A stretch of 55,519 bases of DNA from Chiloscyllium plagiosum (lineage: Eukaryota). This document shows positions 35,728 through 48,993 of this stretch, one piece after another. The stretch's first letter is position 1; every line of letters begins with the position of its first letter. The notes beneath the pieces are model-generated. The model was not told the DNA's origin, made no database searches, and worked only from the letters and a program-made list of their open reading frames with translations. The stretch covers positions 35,278,137 to 35,333,655 of the forward strand of contig NC_057719.1 of NCBI RefSeq assembly GCF_004010195.1, read 5' to 3'. The translations under genes and the position numbers were made by a program.

Positions 35728-36585
35728 TACTCTACAAATCATTGGTCAGACCATATTTGGACTACAGTACACAATCTTTCATCCGAAATCCTTGGGGCCA
35801 GTTGTTTTTCGGAATAAATGACATTTTCACAGTGAAATAAAACAAAATAACCTAGCAGCAAATGCACGTATGAACAGTACGAGCATTGAGACATAATTGA
35901 CACCTGCCAGTGCTGGGCCATGCCACCACGTCACATCTGAGTGATGTCATTCGAGTGGGTGTGGAATTGATTCACCTGTTCACACGTCAAAACGATGCTC
36001 CACACCCCACAAAAAATATTTTGGAGAGTGGAGTTTTTTGGATTTCAGATAAAGGATTGTGCACCTGTATTATGTCCAGTTCTGAGCATTTTATTTAAGG
36101 AAGGATGTTAAAGGCCTGGACAGATTTACTAGAGTGATACCAGGAATTTGAGATTTTAGATACAAGGAAAGATTAGAGAAATTGGTTTACTCTCCTTTGG
36201 AGCAGAGAAGATTAAGAGGTGTTCAAAATTATTAACAATTTTGATAGGTTAAAGAAAGATATTCTATTTCTACTAGTTGGTATGGTAGTAACTAGAGGTC
36301 ACAATTTCAAGATTGTCAGCAAGAGAAATACGAATGAGATGAGGAGATTCTTCTTTACTCAGGTAACTGTTAGGATTTAGAATGCACTGCCTGGGAGAAT
36401 GGTGGTGGTGGATTCCATAGGAAGTTTCAAAAGAAAGCTGAGGATATACATTTGAAAGTGATGAATTTAGAGGGCTAAAGAGATCAGGCAGAAGAAGGGG
36501 CTAGCTGCGTAGCTAGGAGCTAATATAGACGTGATGGGTCGAATAGCCTCCTTCTGAACTGTAAATTTCTACGATTCTACAATTG
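35728..36585 (+). mobile_element. Old CR1 3' end split by a MITE
   Basis: LYKSLVRPYLDY|YVQF is continuous across the insertion; tail TTTCTACGATTCTA. Confidence 0.75.
35765..36067. mobile_element. 303-bp Tc1/mariner (Tigger/pogo-like) MITE
   Basis: Imperfect ~27-bp TIRs CAGTACACAATCTTTCATCCGAAATCC and GGATTTCAGATAAAGGATTGTGCACCTG, with TA duplicated at 35763-35764 and 36068-36069. Confidence 0.85.
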
Positions 36586-36734
36586 ACAGTGGTCACATTA
36601 CAAGATCACAATAATTACACCATAAAACAAGGAAATTCAGCAAAGTGTGTTCTGCATTAGTTCTCTGAAGGAGAAATTCACATATTGCCATTGCCAATTT
36701 TCTCTCACAGTTCTGTACTTTCTTCTTTTGAGAT

Positions 36735-37602
36735 ATGTATTATCTCAGATTACAACGGGATCTTGATCAGATGGGCCAATGGCTGAGAAGTGGCAGATGG
36801 AGTTTAGTTTAGGTAAATGAGAGGTACTGCATTTTGGGAAAGCAAATCTTAACAGAACTTACACACTTAATGGTAATGTCTTATGGAGCGTTGCTGAACA
36901 AAGATACCTTGGAGTGCAGGTTCATAGCTCCTTGAAAGTGGAGTCGCAGGTAGATAGGATAATGAAACTGGTGTTTGGTATGCTTCCCTTTATTGGTCAG
37001 AGTATTGAGTACAGGAGTTGGGAGGTCATGTTGCAGCTGTGCAGGACATTGGTTAGGCCACTGTTGGAATATTGCATGCAATTCTGGTCTCCTTCCTATT
37101 GGAAGGATGATGTTGTGAAACTTGAAAGGGTTCAGAAAAGATTTACAGGGATGTTGCCAGGGTTTGAGGATTTGAGCTATAGGGAGAGGCTGAACAGGCT
37201 GGGGCTGTTTTCCCTGGAGTGTTGGAGGCTGAAGGGTGACCTTATAGAGGTTTATAAAATCATGAGGGACATGGATAGGATAAATAGCCAAAGTCTTTTC
37301 CCTGGGGTGGGGGAGTCCAGAACTAGAGGGCATAGGTTTAGGGTGAGAGGGGAAAGATATAAAAGAGACCTATGGGGCAACATTTTCATGCAGAGGAATG
37401 AGCTGCCAGAGGAAGTGGTGGAGGCTAGTTTAATTGCAACATTTAAAAGGCATCTGAATGGTATAAGAATAGGAAGGGTTTGGAAGGATATGGGCCAGGT
37501 GCTGGCAGGTAGGACCAGATTGGGTTGGGATATCTGGTCAGCATGGACAAGTTGGACCGAAGGGTCTGTTTCTGTGCTGTACACTCTATGATTATGACTC
37601 TA
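36735..37602 (+). mobile_element. Young CR1 (HER1-like) 3' portion
   Basis: ORF 36914..37591 (LVRPLLEYCMQFWSP, LERVQKRFT, GDLIEVYKIM). The tail GGACCGAAGGGTCTGTTTC resembles the HE1 SINE tail. Confidence 0.92.
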
Positions 37603-38504
37603 TATACACAGATAGGCACTTGAAATGTCTTAACATTCATGGTTATGGGTCAAGCTCTGGAGAAATGTGAGTAGTGTACATAGGTCAGCACAGATTGAAT
37701 GGACTGAATCGTCTTTCTGTGCTGTATGATTGTCTGACTTTTAGGATAGTCCTCTTCCCTTTTGAGTGCGATTTGAATATGCCTCCATCATATTTAGGCA
37801 ATGCATTCCAGATCTTAACCATCCGCTGCATAAAAAAAGATTTTCCTCATATCACCATTAATTATTTTGCTCATTACCTTAAATGTATATCCTCTTGTTC
37901 TCCATCCTTCCAATAATGTAAATTTTTATTCTATTGACTCTCGCTGACCTTTCACAATTTTTTAATATTTCTATCAAATTTCCATGCTGAAAATCTTGCA
38001 CCTGTGCAAACAAAGATTGGTTCATCTGTCTGCACAACAATTAAGAGCAAAGTCAAGACAACAGATGTGCTCAGCAGAACTCAGAGCAGATTGGAGATTA
38101 TCTCACACACACACACAAACTAGTCATTTTTCACAAGAAATATTTAGACAAGAATTTTATGGGCTCTTTATTATGCATAACTCGTATAATAAACAGAGCA
38201 TTAATTTGTTAATCTTTCCAACTTGGCTATTTTAAATGGCTTGGATCACAGGAAGAAGTAAGAAAGTGCAGAGAAGGAACATGAGGTATATGAATGCTAA
38301 ACAGGTTGAGAGAACAGTGACCCATGAATGTTTGAAAACTCATTCTTCATTCAAATTGATGGAAGGCGAGACCCATCACAGTAATCTGTAAGGCTTCTTT
38401 TGATTATATCACTTGTACCAGGAAGCCGCCCACTATTAGGATTCAAACAATCCAATTGGTTAACCCTGCTTAGTTAAGTGTTAGCAACTAACAAAACCTG
38501 TTCA

Positions 38505-39822
38505 GAACATAGAACATACAACAGTACAGCACAGTAAAGGCCCTTCAGCCCACAATGTTGTGCCAATCGAAGATCAACCAAACTTACACGCCCCTCAATT
38601 TACTGCCATTCATGTGCTTGTCCAGCAATCGCTTAAATGTCCCTAATGTCTCTGACTCTACCACCACTGTTGGCAGTGTATTCCATGGACCCACCACTCT
38701 CTGTGTAAAGAACCTACCTCTGTCATTTCCCCTAAACCTTCCTCCAATCCACCTTAACATTATGAGCCGTCGTGAAAGCCATTTCTGCACTGGGGTGAAG
38801 TCTCTGCCTATCTACTCTATCTATGCCTCTCATTACCTTATACACCTCTATCTAGTCACCACTCATCCTTCTCTCCAGTGTGAAAAGTCTTAGCTCACTC
38901 AACCTCTCTTCATAAAACAAGCCATCCAATCCAGGCAGCATCCTGGTAAATCTCCTCTCTAAAGCATCTACATATTCCTATAATAAAGCAACCAGAACTG
39001 GACACAATATTCCAAGTGTGGTCCAACCAGGGTTTTATAGAACTGCAGCAAAACCTCGCAGCTCTTAAACGCAATCCCCCTGTTAATGAAAGCCAACACA
39101 CTATATGCATTCTTGCCAACCCTATCAACTTGGGTAGCAACTTTGAGGGATCTATGTACATGGACCTCAAGATCCCGCTGTTCCTCCAAACTGCCAAGAA
39201 TCCTATCTTTAACCCTGTACTCAGCATTCAAATTCAACCTTCCAAAATGAATCACTTTGCATTTAGACAGATTGAACTCCATCTGCCACTTCTCAACCCA
39301 GCTCTGCATCCTGTCAATGTCTTGTTATAGCCTGCAACAGCTCTCAACACTGTCTAAAGCACCACCCACTTTTGTGGAAGGGCTTGAGGAACAACATTCG
39401 CCTCCATCCAATCATCTGATACTACTCACGAGGAGAGTGAAGGTGCAAAGATCATTGCCAGAGGCACAGCAATCACATTCCTCGCTTCCCATAGTAACCT
39501 TGGATATATCTGGTCTGGCCCTGGGGACATATCTACCTTGATGGTTCCAAGAAATTCCAGTACATACACTTTCTTAATATCAATCTGTTCAAGCCTATTA
39601 ACCTGGTCCATGGTGTTCTCACTACCAGCATGGTCCCTCTCTCTCTCTCTCGTGAATATCGAAGCAAAAAACTCATTTAGGGGCTCCCCTACCTCTTCAG
39701 ACTCCAGGCTCAAGTTCACTCCACTATTTCTGATCAGCCCTACCCTGATCATTCTCTTATTCCTCACGTAAGTGTAAAACAACTTTGTGTTTTCCCTAAT
39801 CCTTCCTGCCAAGGCTTTTTCG
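38505..39822 (-). mobile_element. Internally deleted CR1
   Basis: SPGPDQIYPRLLWE, EKWQMEFN, HLEYCVQFW and FFTQRVVGPWNTLP; (TTCTATG)n-type tail at 38505. Confidence 0.9.
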
Positions 39823-39825
39823 TTT

Positions 39826-39925
39826 AGGGGCTCTTACGCTATAGTGATAGTAAACCTACCTCTATTCTGGATTCAACTCCCACCTGCCAGAGTGATATAT
39901 CATAACATATCCTAAGAGTTGTTGG
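39826..39925 (+). mobile_element. Isolated degenerate copy of the ~115-bp short SINE
   Basis: TAGTGATAGT...CCTACCTCT...GGATTCAACTCCCACCTGCCAGAG...CATAACAT matches the array consensus. Confidence 0.55.
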
Positions 39926-41536
39926 AACTTAAAACAAACTGTGTGGAGGAAGATCCTATGGTAGTATTATAATCACTGGGCCAAAACATCCAGCCTCAAA
40001 TGTACTACAGAATGATTTAGCCATGAAATTCAATGGAAAATATAAAAAAGCACTTTTAAAATTCATACATTGGATGGCCATGAATGGCTCGGCTAGCATT
40101 TATTACCCATCCCCAAATGCCCTGGAGAGTTGACTTCTGAAACCACTATAGTTCTTGGAATACTGGGACATCCACAGTGGTATTAGGAGGAAGATCATAA
40201 TTACATGACTACAGGGAAAAGGCAGGGGGAGTAGAACTAGCTGAGTTGCTCACTCAGAGAGCCAGCACAAACAAATAGGCCAAGTGGTATCTGTGCTGTA
40301 ACCATTCTACCCAGTAAAGTGAAGAAGACCATTTTATTTTCTTGGAATGTACCAGCAACCTTAATTATACTGATATTGTTGAATGCAGTTCTGTTGTTGG
40401 GTGTGAAGCATTCCTGTGGCATCTCTGTATGAAAGCAAAAAGGGGGTGGGGGGGGGTGGGGTGATGTGATCAGATAGTAAGCCTGAAAAAAAAAGGTTCC
40501 TTTATTGTGATTTTCCTTCCATTTAGGATTCAAGGAACTCCTATTTCTGCAGAACATGTAATAATTGAGAAAGATCAATAGTAAGTAAATATCAATATAC
40601 AATAATTAATGATTGAAGTAACAAAGTCTGACTTTTTCCTGTTTTTGAAAGGCATTGTAATTTAGTTAAATGTTTTGTCTTTCACTCCAAGTCCTTCAGC
40701 AAATGAAACCTACCTTAACACAGCTCAACAGCCACAAAATATTCTGAATGATGCAAGAGCCACAAAAGCTAGCACACAGGTATTTTCTCTTTATTACAAA
40801 TCCAGGTATACCATGCAAGAAATAAAGAAGAAAGTCAACAAGAATGTTGCAGGAAGGATTATTGCAGCCTGAAGGTGACATCTGGACAGTCTACCGACCA
40901 GATCTTACTAACTTAAGAAAAAAAATTAAGTGCTGAGCTGAATGATAACAAGGGCTGCTGTAACAATTGCTCAGATCTCAAACAGATAGGAATGTACAAT
41001 CAGCTAAATGCAGTCATACAGCAGTCTTTTCAAAATGCCATTTGTAGTTTTAATGACACTATTTTAAAGGGAGAGATTCAGAGTTTGAAATAAACATTGC
41101 CTCAAAGTATTTAAAATATTTAATGCTAAAGTTTACTAGTAAAGTTCAAGATGCCAGTTGCTTTCATGTTTTTGTTCTGCAGGTCTACTTTTGACAGGCT
41201 AACTACTGGAAGAAATCATATGCTTTACACAGGTTTACAACACAGACATTTGCTGACAGCTATGTTCCAAACTCAGTATTCACCTTGAACTAGCACTGTA
41301 CTCTTCCTATTTTAGCAGCAATAATTAATTGCTTTTCACTGAAGCAAAGTTTGGACATGGAACTGTGAAAACTGTTATTCTTTTAGTGAATTCATCATTT
41401 CCATATTCAATTTAAAATAAAACAGTACACTGGAATCTTATATCAAAAAGTAACATCAGTTCACATCAGTGGTGATTTCAAAGTACACATTAAATGACCT
41501 AAGTAAAAAAACTGTCAAGAGGTATGCAAGGTATCA

Positions 41537-41542
41537 TTTATT
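41537..41542 (-). terminator. Candidate polyadenylation signal for the spliced WDR20 isoform
   Basis: TTTATT on + (AATAAA on -), about 1.3 kb downstream of the stop at 42835. The context is AT-rich, so specificity is low. Confidence 0.4.
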
Positions 41543-42834
41543 CAAGCTTCATCTGTACTTTTACATTCTTTCAAGAAATCAGCATTAATCCATACAGCAA
41601 ATTTATAATATAATATGACCCAACCCACAGTAATTCCTGGTTAGATTGCATGACAGCTGTAAAATGTTTGGCACATCCTAAATTCATTTACATTGATGAG
41701 GGTCTGTTATGACCAGGCAATTCTAACCCACACAAAAAATTGCATCAAACAATTCCTCAATGCAAATGTTCCTAATTGGCATCTAATAAATCCATGTGCT
41801 AGGTTTTGGACCTTGGCGATGCATCAACCACAGAAGTACAAAGCTCAGAAATTTAAAATATGCATTAGTTATGAAAACTCTACAGCTGAGATAACCTTAA
41901 TTTTTAATACAAAGATTTTCTTTTGTACCAAATAGTCAATTCAACAAAGGATTAATTACAGCCAAATTTACTATTTTTACAACTGAAATAAAATAAACAG
42001 AAAAACTATATTCAAGATTTTATGTCTATTTTCTGAATTAGAAACCACGTTCATTAGAAGACAAAACATCAACTAGTGTATGATCATTGCCCCATGACGA
42101 ACAATATTTATATTTATAATACAGTTGGTTCAATTTGAAACAATATTAAAGTACATGTTTAATAGATACAGAAGAAATTCCTTTTTTGTCTGCACATACC
42201 TGTTCTGGGAGGTTTTGCACATCCTATTTTATTTCCTACTTACATTAAACTATTAAGTGCAACTTTTTCTTAATATAAATCTATGATTGCAACATCCACC
42301 TCTTGAATCACAAATTCAAGCCAGAAAGTAATGACTCAATTCCAGTGAGTGCATTCCAAGCTGCCTTCCAACTAGTTTCATTTTAAAAACAAAGGAAGCC
42401 AAACAAAAATCAGTGCAAAATACACAGTGAGATACTTGTTCACAGGGCCATTTAATGCACTGCAAATAGACTGTTTTAATTATTTTTCACTATATATATG
42501 ATTAAAATACACCAGCTGAGAAAACAAAAGAAATTGAAAAGTTAAGATTTGATAAAATAGATTTTAGTATTTGCTGCTAATGCCAAGGAAATAAGTTAGT
42601 AATAGTCTTGGAGTTAGCAGCCTTCCCATTTTACTTGGACAGATAAACCCATATCAACAGCATACACTCGACACTGTTCCCCCAGTGGTAGCTCTACACA
42701 ATTCACAGCAGAATTCTGAACAAAAACACCACTATAATAAAATTTCTAAAGCTCTGTGGCTGAAGACCAGCTCCTGGCTCCAATGTCATTACTTCTTATC
42801 CTGTGGCGAAGCTTTGCTAGCAGTACCACGGTGG

Positions 42835-42888
42835 CTATACTACAGTTCCACTCGGCGAATTGGCTTGGTTTTGGGATGACATTAAACC
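42835..42888 (-). CDS. WDR20: WDR20 alternative terminal coding exon (GLMSSQNQANSPSGTVV*)
   Basis: Minus strand reads ctgtatttacAG|GGT TTA ATG TCA TCC CAA AAC CAA GCC AAT TCG CCG AGT GGA ACT GTA GTA TAG. Phase 0 matches the donor at 49012, and the peptide resembles the recalled ...SPxGTVV C-terminus of the long vertebrate WDR20 isoform. Confidence 0.9.
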   Translation of the reverse strand, partial: GLMSSQNQANSPSGTVV

Positions 42889-45800
42889 CTGTAAATACAG
42901 CATTTCAAATTGTTATAATTTTGTCACTTTTACTAGATGTTAGTTCATTCGTAATTTATGACCCAATAAGCGTTTCAAGTTTTTCTGATGAGGCATCATA
43001 AAATATAGGTAAATTGGGAATCTTTTCAGAAGCAATGAATTTCTGATAAATGCTTGTTTTAGTCAAGTTTCACTTGAATTCTTATATGTAGAGTTACAAA
43101 AAAACCTAAACTTATTCAATGGGTCCAGCACCTATTAGAATAACTAAAATAATAAAATAAAAGTTATTAAGCTTGTATGTTGAAGTTGGCTCCAAAATAA
43201 ATTCTGGCAAGTCAGATGACTTGAGTATTGAGCATAGAAAAGTAGATAGTTGAAACACTTTATTCTCGGTACACTATGAAATTATAACAAATGCGAAGCC
43301 ACTCAGAAAGGTAGTACACTGCTGGCCTTAGTCGTACTAAAACTAAAATTCAGAATTTGTATTTTCCACAAAATGGTTGTAATAAAGGGTGTTTGAGTGA
43401 TATATTTTCTAATATGAATCAAAGGTTTCTAAAGGTGGACCTCAATTGCTCGTGAAAAACCAAAGGAAATTGTATAGGGAGAGGGCCGATGGATAAGAGT
43501 AAAAGCAGCCAATAATGAAGTTAGATAATTATGGGACCTTTGGTTATTATTGCCCTGAATACAAATTTAAATATATGCACACTCTGCTGCAAATATCTCA
43601 ACATTCTTCCCGTGACGGTTAATGAGTTTCCCAAATTACCCAGACCCATGAGCATAACACTACATAAAGTTTCACAAATGTCATCTACTGTATTTGCTAA
43701 CCAACAACCAATTTACATTATTAAATCACTCTGAAATTTACAAATAAATGTAAATTTTAATGGAATTAGAAACTCATCACCTAATGCCAACAGGTGGGAA
43801 GATTTACTTTGAGGTTTTGTCCAGGATTTCCCAAGGTATCACTCAGCTCAATAAAGACTAACCTCATCAGTGCAAGATTATTAATGCATCACTTCCAAAA
43901 TTCAATCTCAATCGAGAAAATGAATATTTCATGTAAAATACAAGAAAACAAAGATCACATGCTTTCCAGGTATACCAATATGTATGGACACAACCATTTC
44001 CCCATGTTTCTTGATTGATGGGAGTTTGCAAAATATTAAGTACGAAATTTCTAACTAAAATTCCAGTAATAATTTTAATCCAAGCACTGCTGGCACTTGA
44101 ATTTTCATAGAAACTGCCAATTAGTTAGAAGACATCTGTGAGAGATCTATGCAGATCATTGCAACTACACAAGTTAAACCGTTTCTTTCCATATCAAAAT
44201 AGAAAAGCCACTACATCTGCTTCTACCTTTCAACAGTGCACAAAAACAATTCTTTATGCATTCTCTCCTATGAACCTCTTCCTCCTGTAACCCAAGTCTT
44301 TTGGAATGCTGTGTCCTATATTAGTTCAAGAAGTGAACAATAGATTTTATAAGATTAAGATATTAGATTTTTAAGCCATTGGGAAAATTTGATTTGCCCA
44401 TGGGCAGAACAGTCAGTTAAATTCTTCTAGTCTGATCATTCCCATCAAACACTTGCCGCAAACCTGTCCTTATAAAAAGCACTATGTAGACAGAGGGACA
44501 AAGTCAGAGTCACTCAGGGCATCTTTCTGCAGCTGAATTAATGGCAATGGACACTAGTCTACACTTCATCTTTCCTATATATCAAAGGATCTGCACAGTA
44601 TTTTACATTTAGAAACTACATGCATACACAAAGCTTCAAAATTATTAAGTTTAATACATTGGCAAACTGTTAATGTTTCAAAGCATTGAAAATAATTCCA
44701 TTCATAATTATGAAAGCTTAGTGCATCAAAACAATTAAAGAAACTGAAATTTCAATCAGTTACTCACCATTCATACTGCATTAACCACATTTTTATGTTC
44801 TGCACAATAACGATGCACTTTTCATCAAATGGCTGAAGCAGAACAGCTTTTACAGTGGTTTTCTAAATCTTGGTGAAGTATATTTTAGAAGTGGCTTGAT
44901 TTGTTTTAAACATGCAGAAAATTCAGCAAACCAACACTGCATATAGTTTGGTGCTGGAAGTTGCATCCCTCCATAATAAAGCAGTTATGTACTGCGAGCA
45001 AAGGGACAGGCTGAAGAACAACATTTTGAACATGTACATTTTAAAGAATACACTGAACTCCCCATAAGGTCTTCATTTCACACTTCTCAGATTGTGCATG
45101 ACAATCCAGTTCCATTTGTCAGTGTGCACAATGAAATTGTTTCTTTCTAGATCACTAAGTAGAGCAATACCTGAGGGAGAAAACCAAATACCAGATCTAA
45201 TTTCTGAAAATCAGCACTGGTGCCAAGAGATGAAGAAACATGAAGCTTATTCAGCTACACAAAATACTGCCAGAGTAGTGGTGTGGGGTGGGGGTGTAGC
45301 TGCCATGGATGCAGGGTAGCAAAGACAGAATTTGAATTAAAAATACATCACCTTTAAAAGTGATTTAATTGATACAAAGGAATATTGTCACTTCTTTTAA
45401 GGTAACAAAATGATCACGAATGAAATCAATATGCATATGTTAGCTATATAGTACAAAACAGTATCAGTTTCTTAATCCCAATTACACATCTTAATGTTGA
45501 GAGGTAAACGATTAAGTTCTAAGTTCAAGCATTTCAAAAGAAAGAGGCTTTTGTTGACTTCTGCCCAATGATGGCGGCTTGTTTTAATATAGGCTAAAAT
45601 TCTCTTTTGCTGTTAAGCTTACAACATCCCTCCAAATGTTAACTACTACTAGACTGAGCAGTTGTGCACTTTCTTTGATTTCAACTTACATAGCTCCAAG
45701 TATACAGCTTCCAATACCTATTAGTGCTGTATTAAAAATATATTTGATTTATGATCTCATTCTTTTATTCATAGCCCATTATCTAAAAAACCTCTGGTTA

Positions 45801-48458
45801 ACCTACTGAATAAAAATGTTATCCCCCTATCTCAAATTGTAACCTTTAGTGGGTCCTATGGTCTCTTCTGCAATCATTGCTGATGTTGCTTACCACTAGC
45901 TCTAAATGCTATTTTAGAAAAATATGGTATGGACAATAGTATCTTAGTTCGAAACCAAACTACCCATGATCCCAGCAGAGGGTAGACTGATGGGAATCAG
46001 ACAACAATTAACAGCATCCATTCATATGTGCATGGAATTACTATTTGAGGTACTGGGTCATTACTTGCTACCAAAATGCAATGGGGGCGATGGAGTTCTC
46101 TATTATTTATGCATGCATGTCTCAGTAAATTCAAGTGCAGACTGAGGCATGGTTAAACATGGGAATACAAATGTTGCTGTCTAAGTCTCACAGCTGTACT
46201 GTTAGCTTCATGAAATTAGCATCTTGCAGTTTGTATGCTCATTGCAATGCAGTGAACGTCATGTTACTGCACTTGAACAAGTAGTTACAAACTAAACTTA
46301 TCGCAGAATGTAAAGTTTTGACATTTCAATCCAATTACACTTTAATAATGTGTAAATGACAATTACTATCAAACCAACTCTGGCTTTGAAAATTAACCAT
46401 TGCAAATGTGGGATTCCTTTAGGTTTTAATTGTCAGGGATTGTAAAATTGTAAAATTTAGAGCTTACTTTTAAAAACAAACTGTTCATTTGTCTATTTTT
46501 CCTCTTATTGCAACTTTTCACTTTTTTTCTCGACATTTGATAGACAGGAAATTCTTAATCTAATTTACACAATTTACATATTAATTTCACAATCATTCAA
46601 CTTGCCTTATTTAATCAGGCCAAAGATTCTCAGTTTTCCTCAATATAGTTTTATCGACTCATACTTCTAACAAAACATCATCCTGATTGAGCAGCAGGAT
46701 TGACTAAAGGTAGACACCATATGGTGTCCTGCTACAGCAAATTATGACTGATCAAAAACCATTTTCAGGTGAAAGAAACCAAGATGCAGTGGCAATGATA
46801 ACAAATTCTTATCTGGTTAGTCTTTATGGATATAATTATGTTAAGGCCGGAAAAAACACCTAATCACCATATAATAGTCAATTTAGGAAACTGTAATTAA
46901 TCCATAAAATACAAGTTGCATATTTACTTTTAAAATGTATTAAATATTTAAGTCTGTATATTTCAGATAACTTGCAATATTTACACCACCTATAAAATCA
47001 AGCTTGATAAACTCTGTGTCCTTCTTGATCCATAAAACACAATAAGAAATGTTAAATGTAAAACATCAGTACAAACTGATCATATTGTGCAACAATAGAT
47101 CATTGGTGTTACAATTGCACTGCAAAGAATTAAGAAATATTTGTAATATTTTCATGAATTTAGTTATTACAAACATATTGCAATGTCACACAACCAAAAT
47201 CAATAGGAGCACGTCTGATAGCTAGATGTAGTGACAAACCTTAATTTATACATAAAATAAAATAGTTCAATGCCTTTGGATGACAGTAACTCAACAATCA
47301 ATGCAAAGGGAAAGATCAGCAACAGCAAGAGGCAGAAATTCCACTTTTCTTTAAAAGAAACAAAAAAATACTCAGTCTGCAAGTCCGTATATTTAAAAAA
47401 ATCCTGGTGAAACAAATGCTATTGAAGAACAAAACCAATGTATTTTTAAAATAAAGCAAAATTACTCTATTACATTATCCATCCACCACAAATTCATTGC
47501 AATCAGAAAGCAGGTGCCTGAAATGTGCATACATTAGAGATTTCACAGCTATTGAAAGAATAACTCCATTTTATCAACAATCATACAAGTTCGTTGGGAA
47601 ATGAATGTTAAATAACGAGTTAATACCTGAATTTAAACTTTTAACACCTGCTCAAATTTTATAAGGCTCTAAATTTAAACAGTCATTTTCTTTATTAATA
47701 AACAGACAATTAAATCATTGACAATTTAAGATTACTATGAAAAGCACTAGACCATAAATCCATCTCTTAATATTTATTTCATTGTTATTGTATTTACTCA
47801 AATTTGAGATTAGTTGATTGCCAGCATGCTTTCAACATAAATAAAATTAAAATGGTGCAGTCATAATTTCATTTTCTTAGTAATGGGAGAAATAAATCAG
47901 AAATATTTACCTTTTAAAAATTAGATAATTGTGCAAAGTATATTCTTATCCCACTTTTGCATGTACAATAATAAAGGTTTTAAAACAAAATGATGTTTTT
48001 TTTAAAAATGTGCCAAAAAAATTACAATGTTAATGACTGTAGTGAGCTTGCAACTTTAGATTCAAAAGCTTTCATTTTCAGACATGAGGACACTTATTGT
48101 AAACAAAATCTTGTTACCACAGTCAGAAAAACTGAAACAACAGCCTTTATATACAGCATACATTCATTTAATATACACTAGCAGTATTCACTGGTCTTCT
48201 TGTCCAAACTGTGAATTAAAGAAATTGACATCTCACTGAATTCCACTGTAAAAATTGTGGATTGTTCTGGTACACACCAGATCATTAAAACATGCACAAC
48301 TTTTTACAGAGATGTACAGTAGTAGTTAATACAGGACATGATAAATATACCCCATGTTTAAGACAAGTTATTATACACATTACTCCATTTATAGAAGCAC
48401 TTAACCTTCATTAGAAAAAAAATTATCCTTTTAGAAATGATGCTTTTCATATACAGAG

Positions 48459-48549
48459 ATATATATCTCTATATACACAGACATATGTATATATACACAT
48501 CTATAAATATATATATATATATATATACATACACACACACACATACACA
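48459..48549. repeat. Compound (TA)n/(CA)n microsatellite in the WDR20 3' UTR/last intron
   Basis: ATATATATATATATATATATAC followed by ACACACACACAC. Confidence 0.9.
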
Positions 48550-48993
48550 ACCATTTTGATACTTTATATTAGAGAAAGGGAAGTCCATCCTCATCTATGA
48601 ATTTCATTTGTGAAGGGCAAGAAATAAATGGAATACAATAAATCTAACAGACCACAGTAGTGTGAATGATAATAAAGATGGCCCAATGTTTTCTGGAAAT
48701 TATGTTGTAATCACTCCACACTGTGGACCTGAAATGGCAGGCCTGGTGAAAGAGATTACACCTTGTCATTTTGGAATTTAAAAAAATATATTTACTACAT
48801 TTCATGGTTCATTAGTATTTTTACCATTGCCTCAAGAGCAAGTCACTGCAGAATAATCAGTATCCGACAATATTTGGAATTAACAGTGGCTATGAAAATG
48901 AAACCATAATTTTGGTCAAAAGCAGCTTTTTGAAAATAATTTATTTGCTCCAAAAGAGGAAATGACTGAACTTATTTTTTTTATAACTTAGGT

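Noticed and set aside
45091..45132. Short hairpin ATTGTGCATGACAA...TTGTCAGTGTGCACAAT as a pre-miRNA
   Set aside because: Only about 14 bp of stem with a bulge, which is too short.
46713..46728. 16-bp perfect palindrome GACACCATATGGTGTC containing a CATATG E-box
   Set aside because: About one such palindrome is expected by chance in 55 kb (4^-8 per position), and no conservation data are available.
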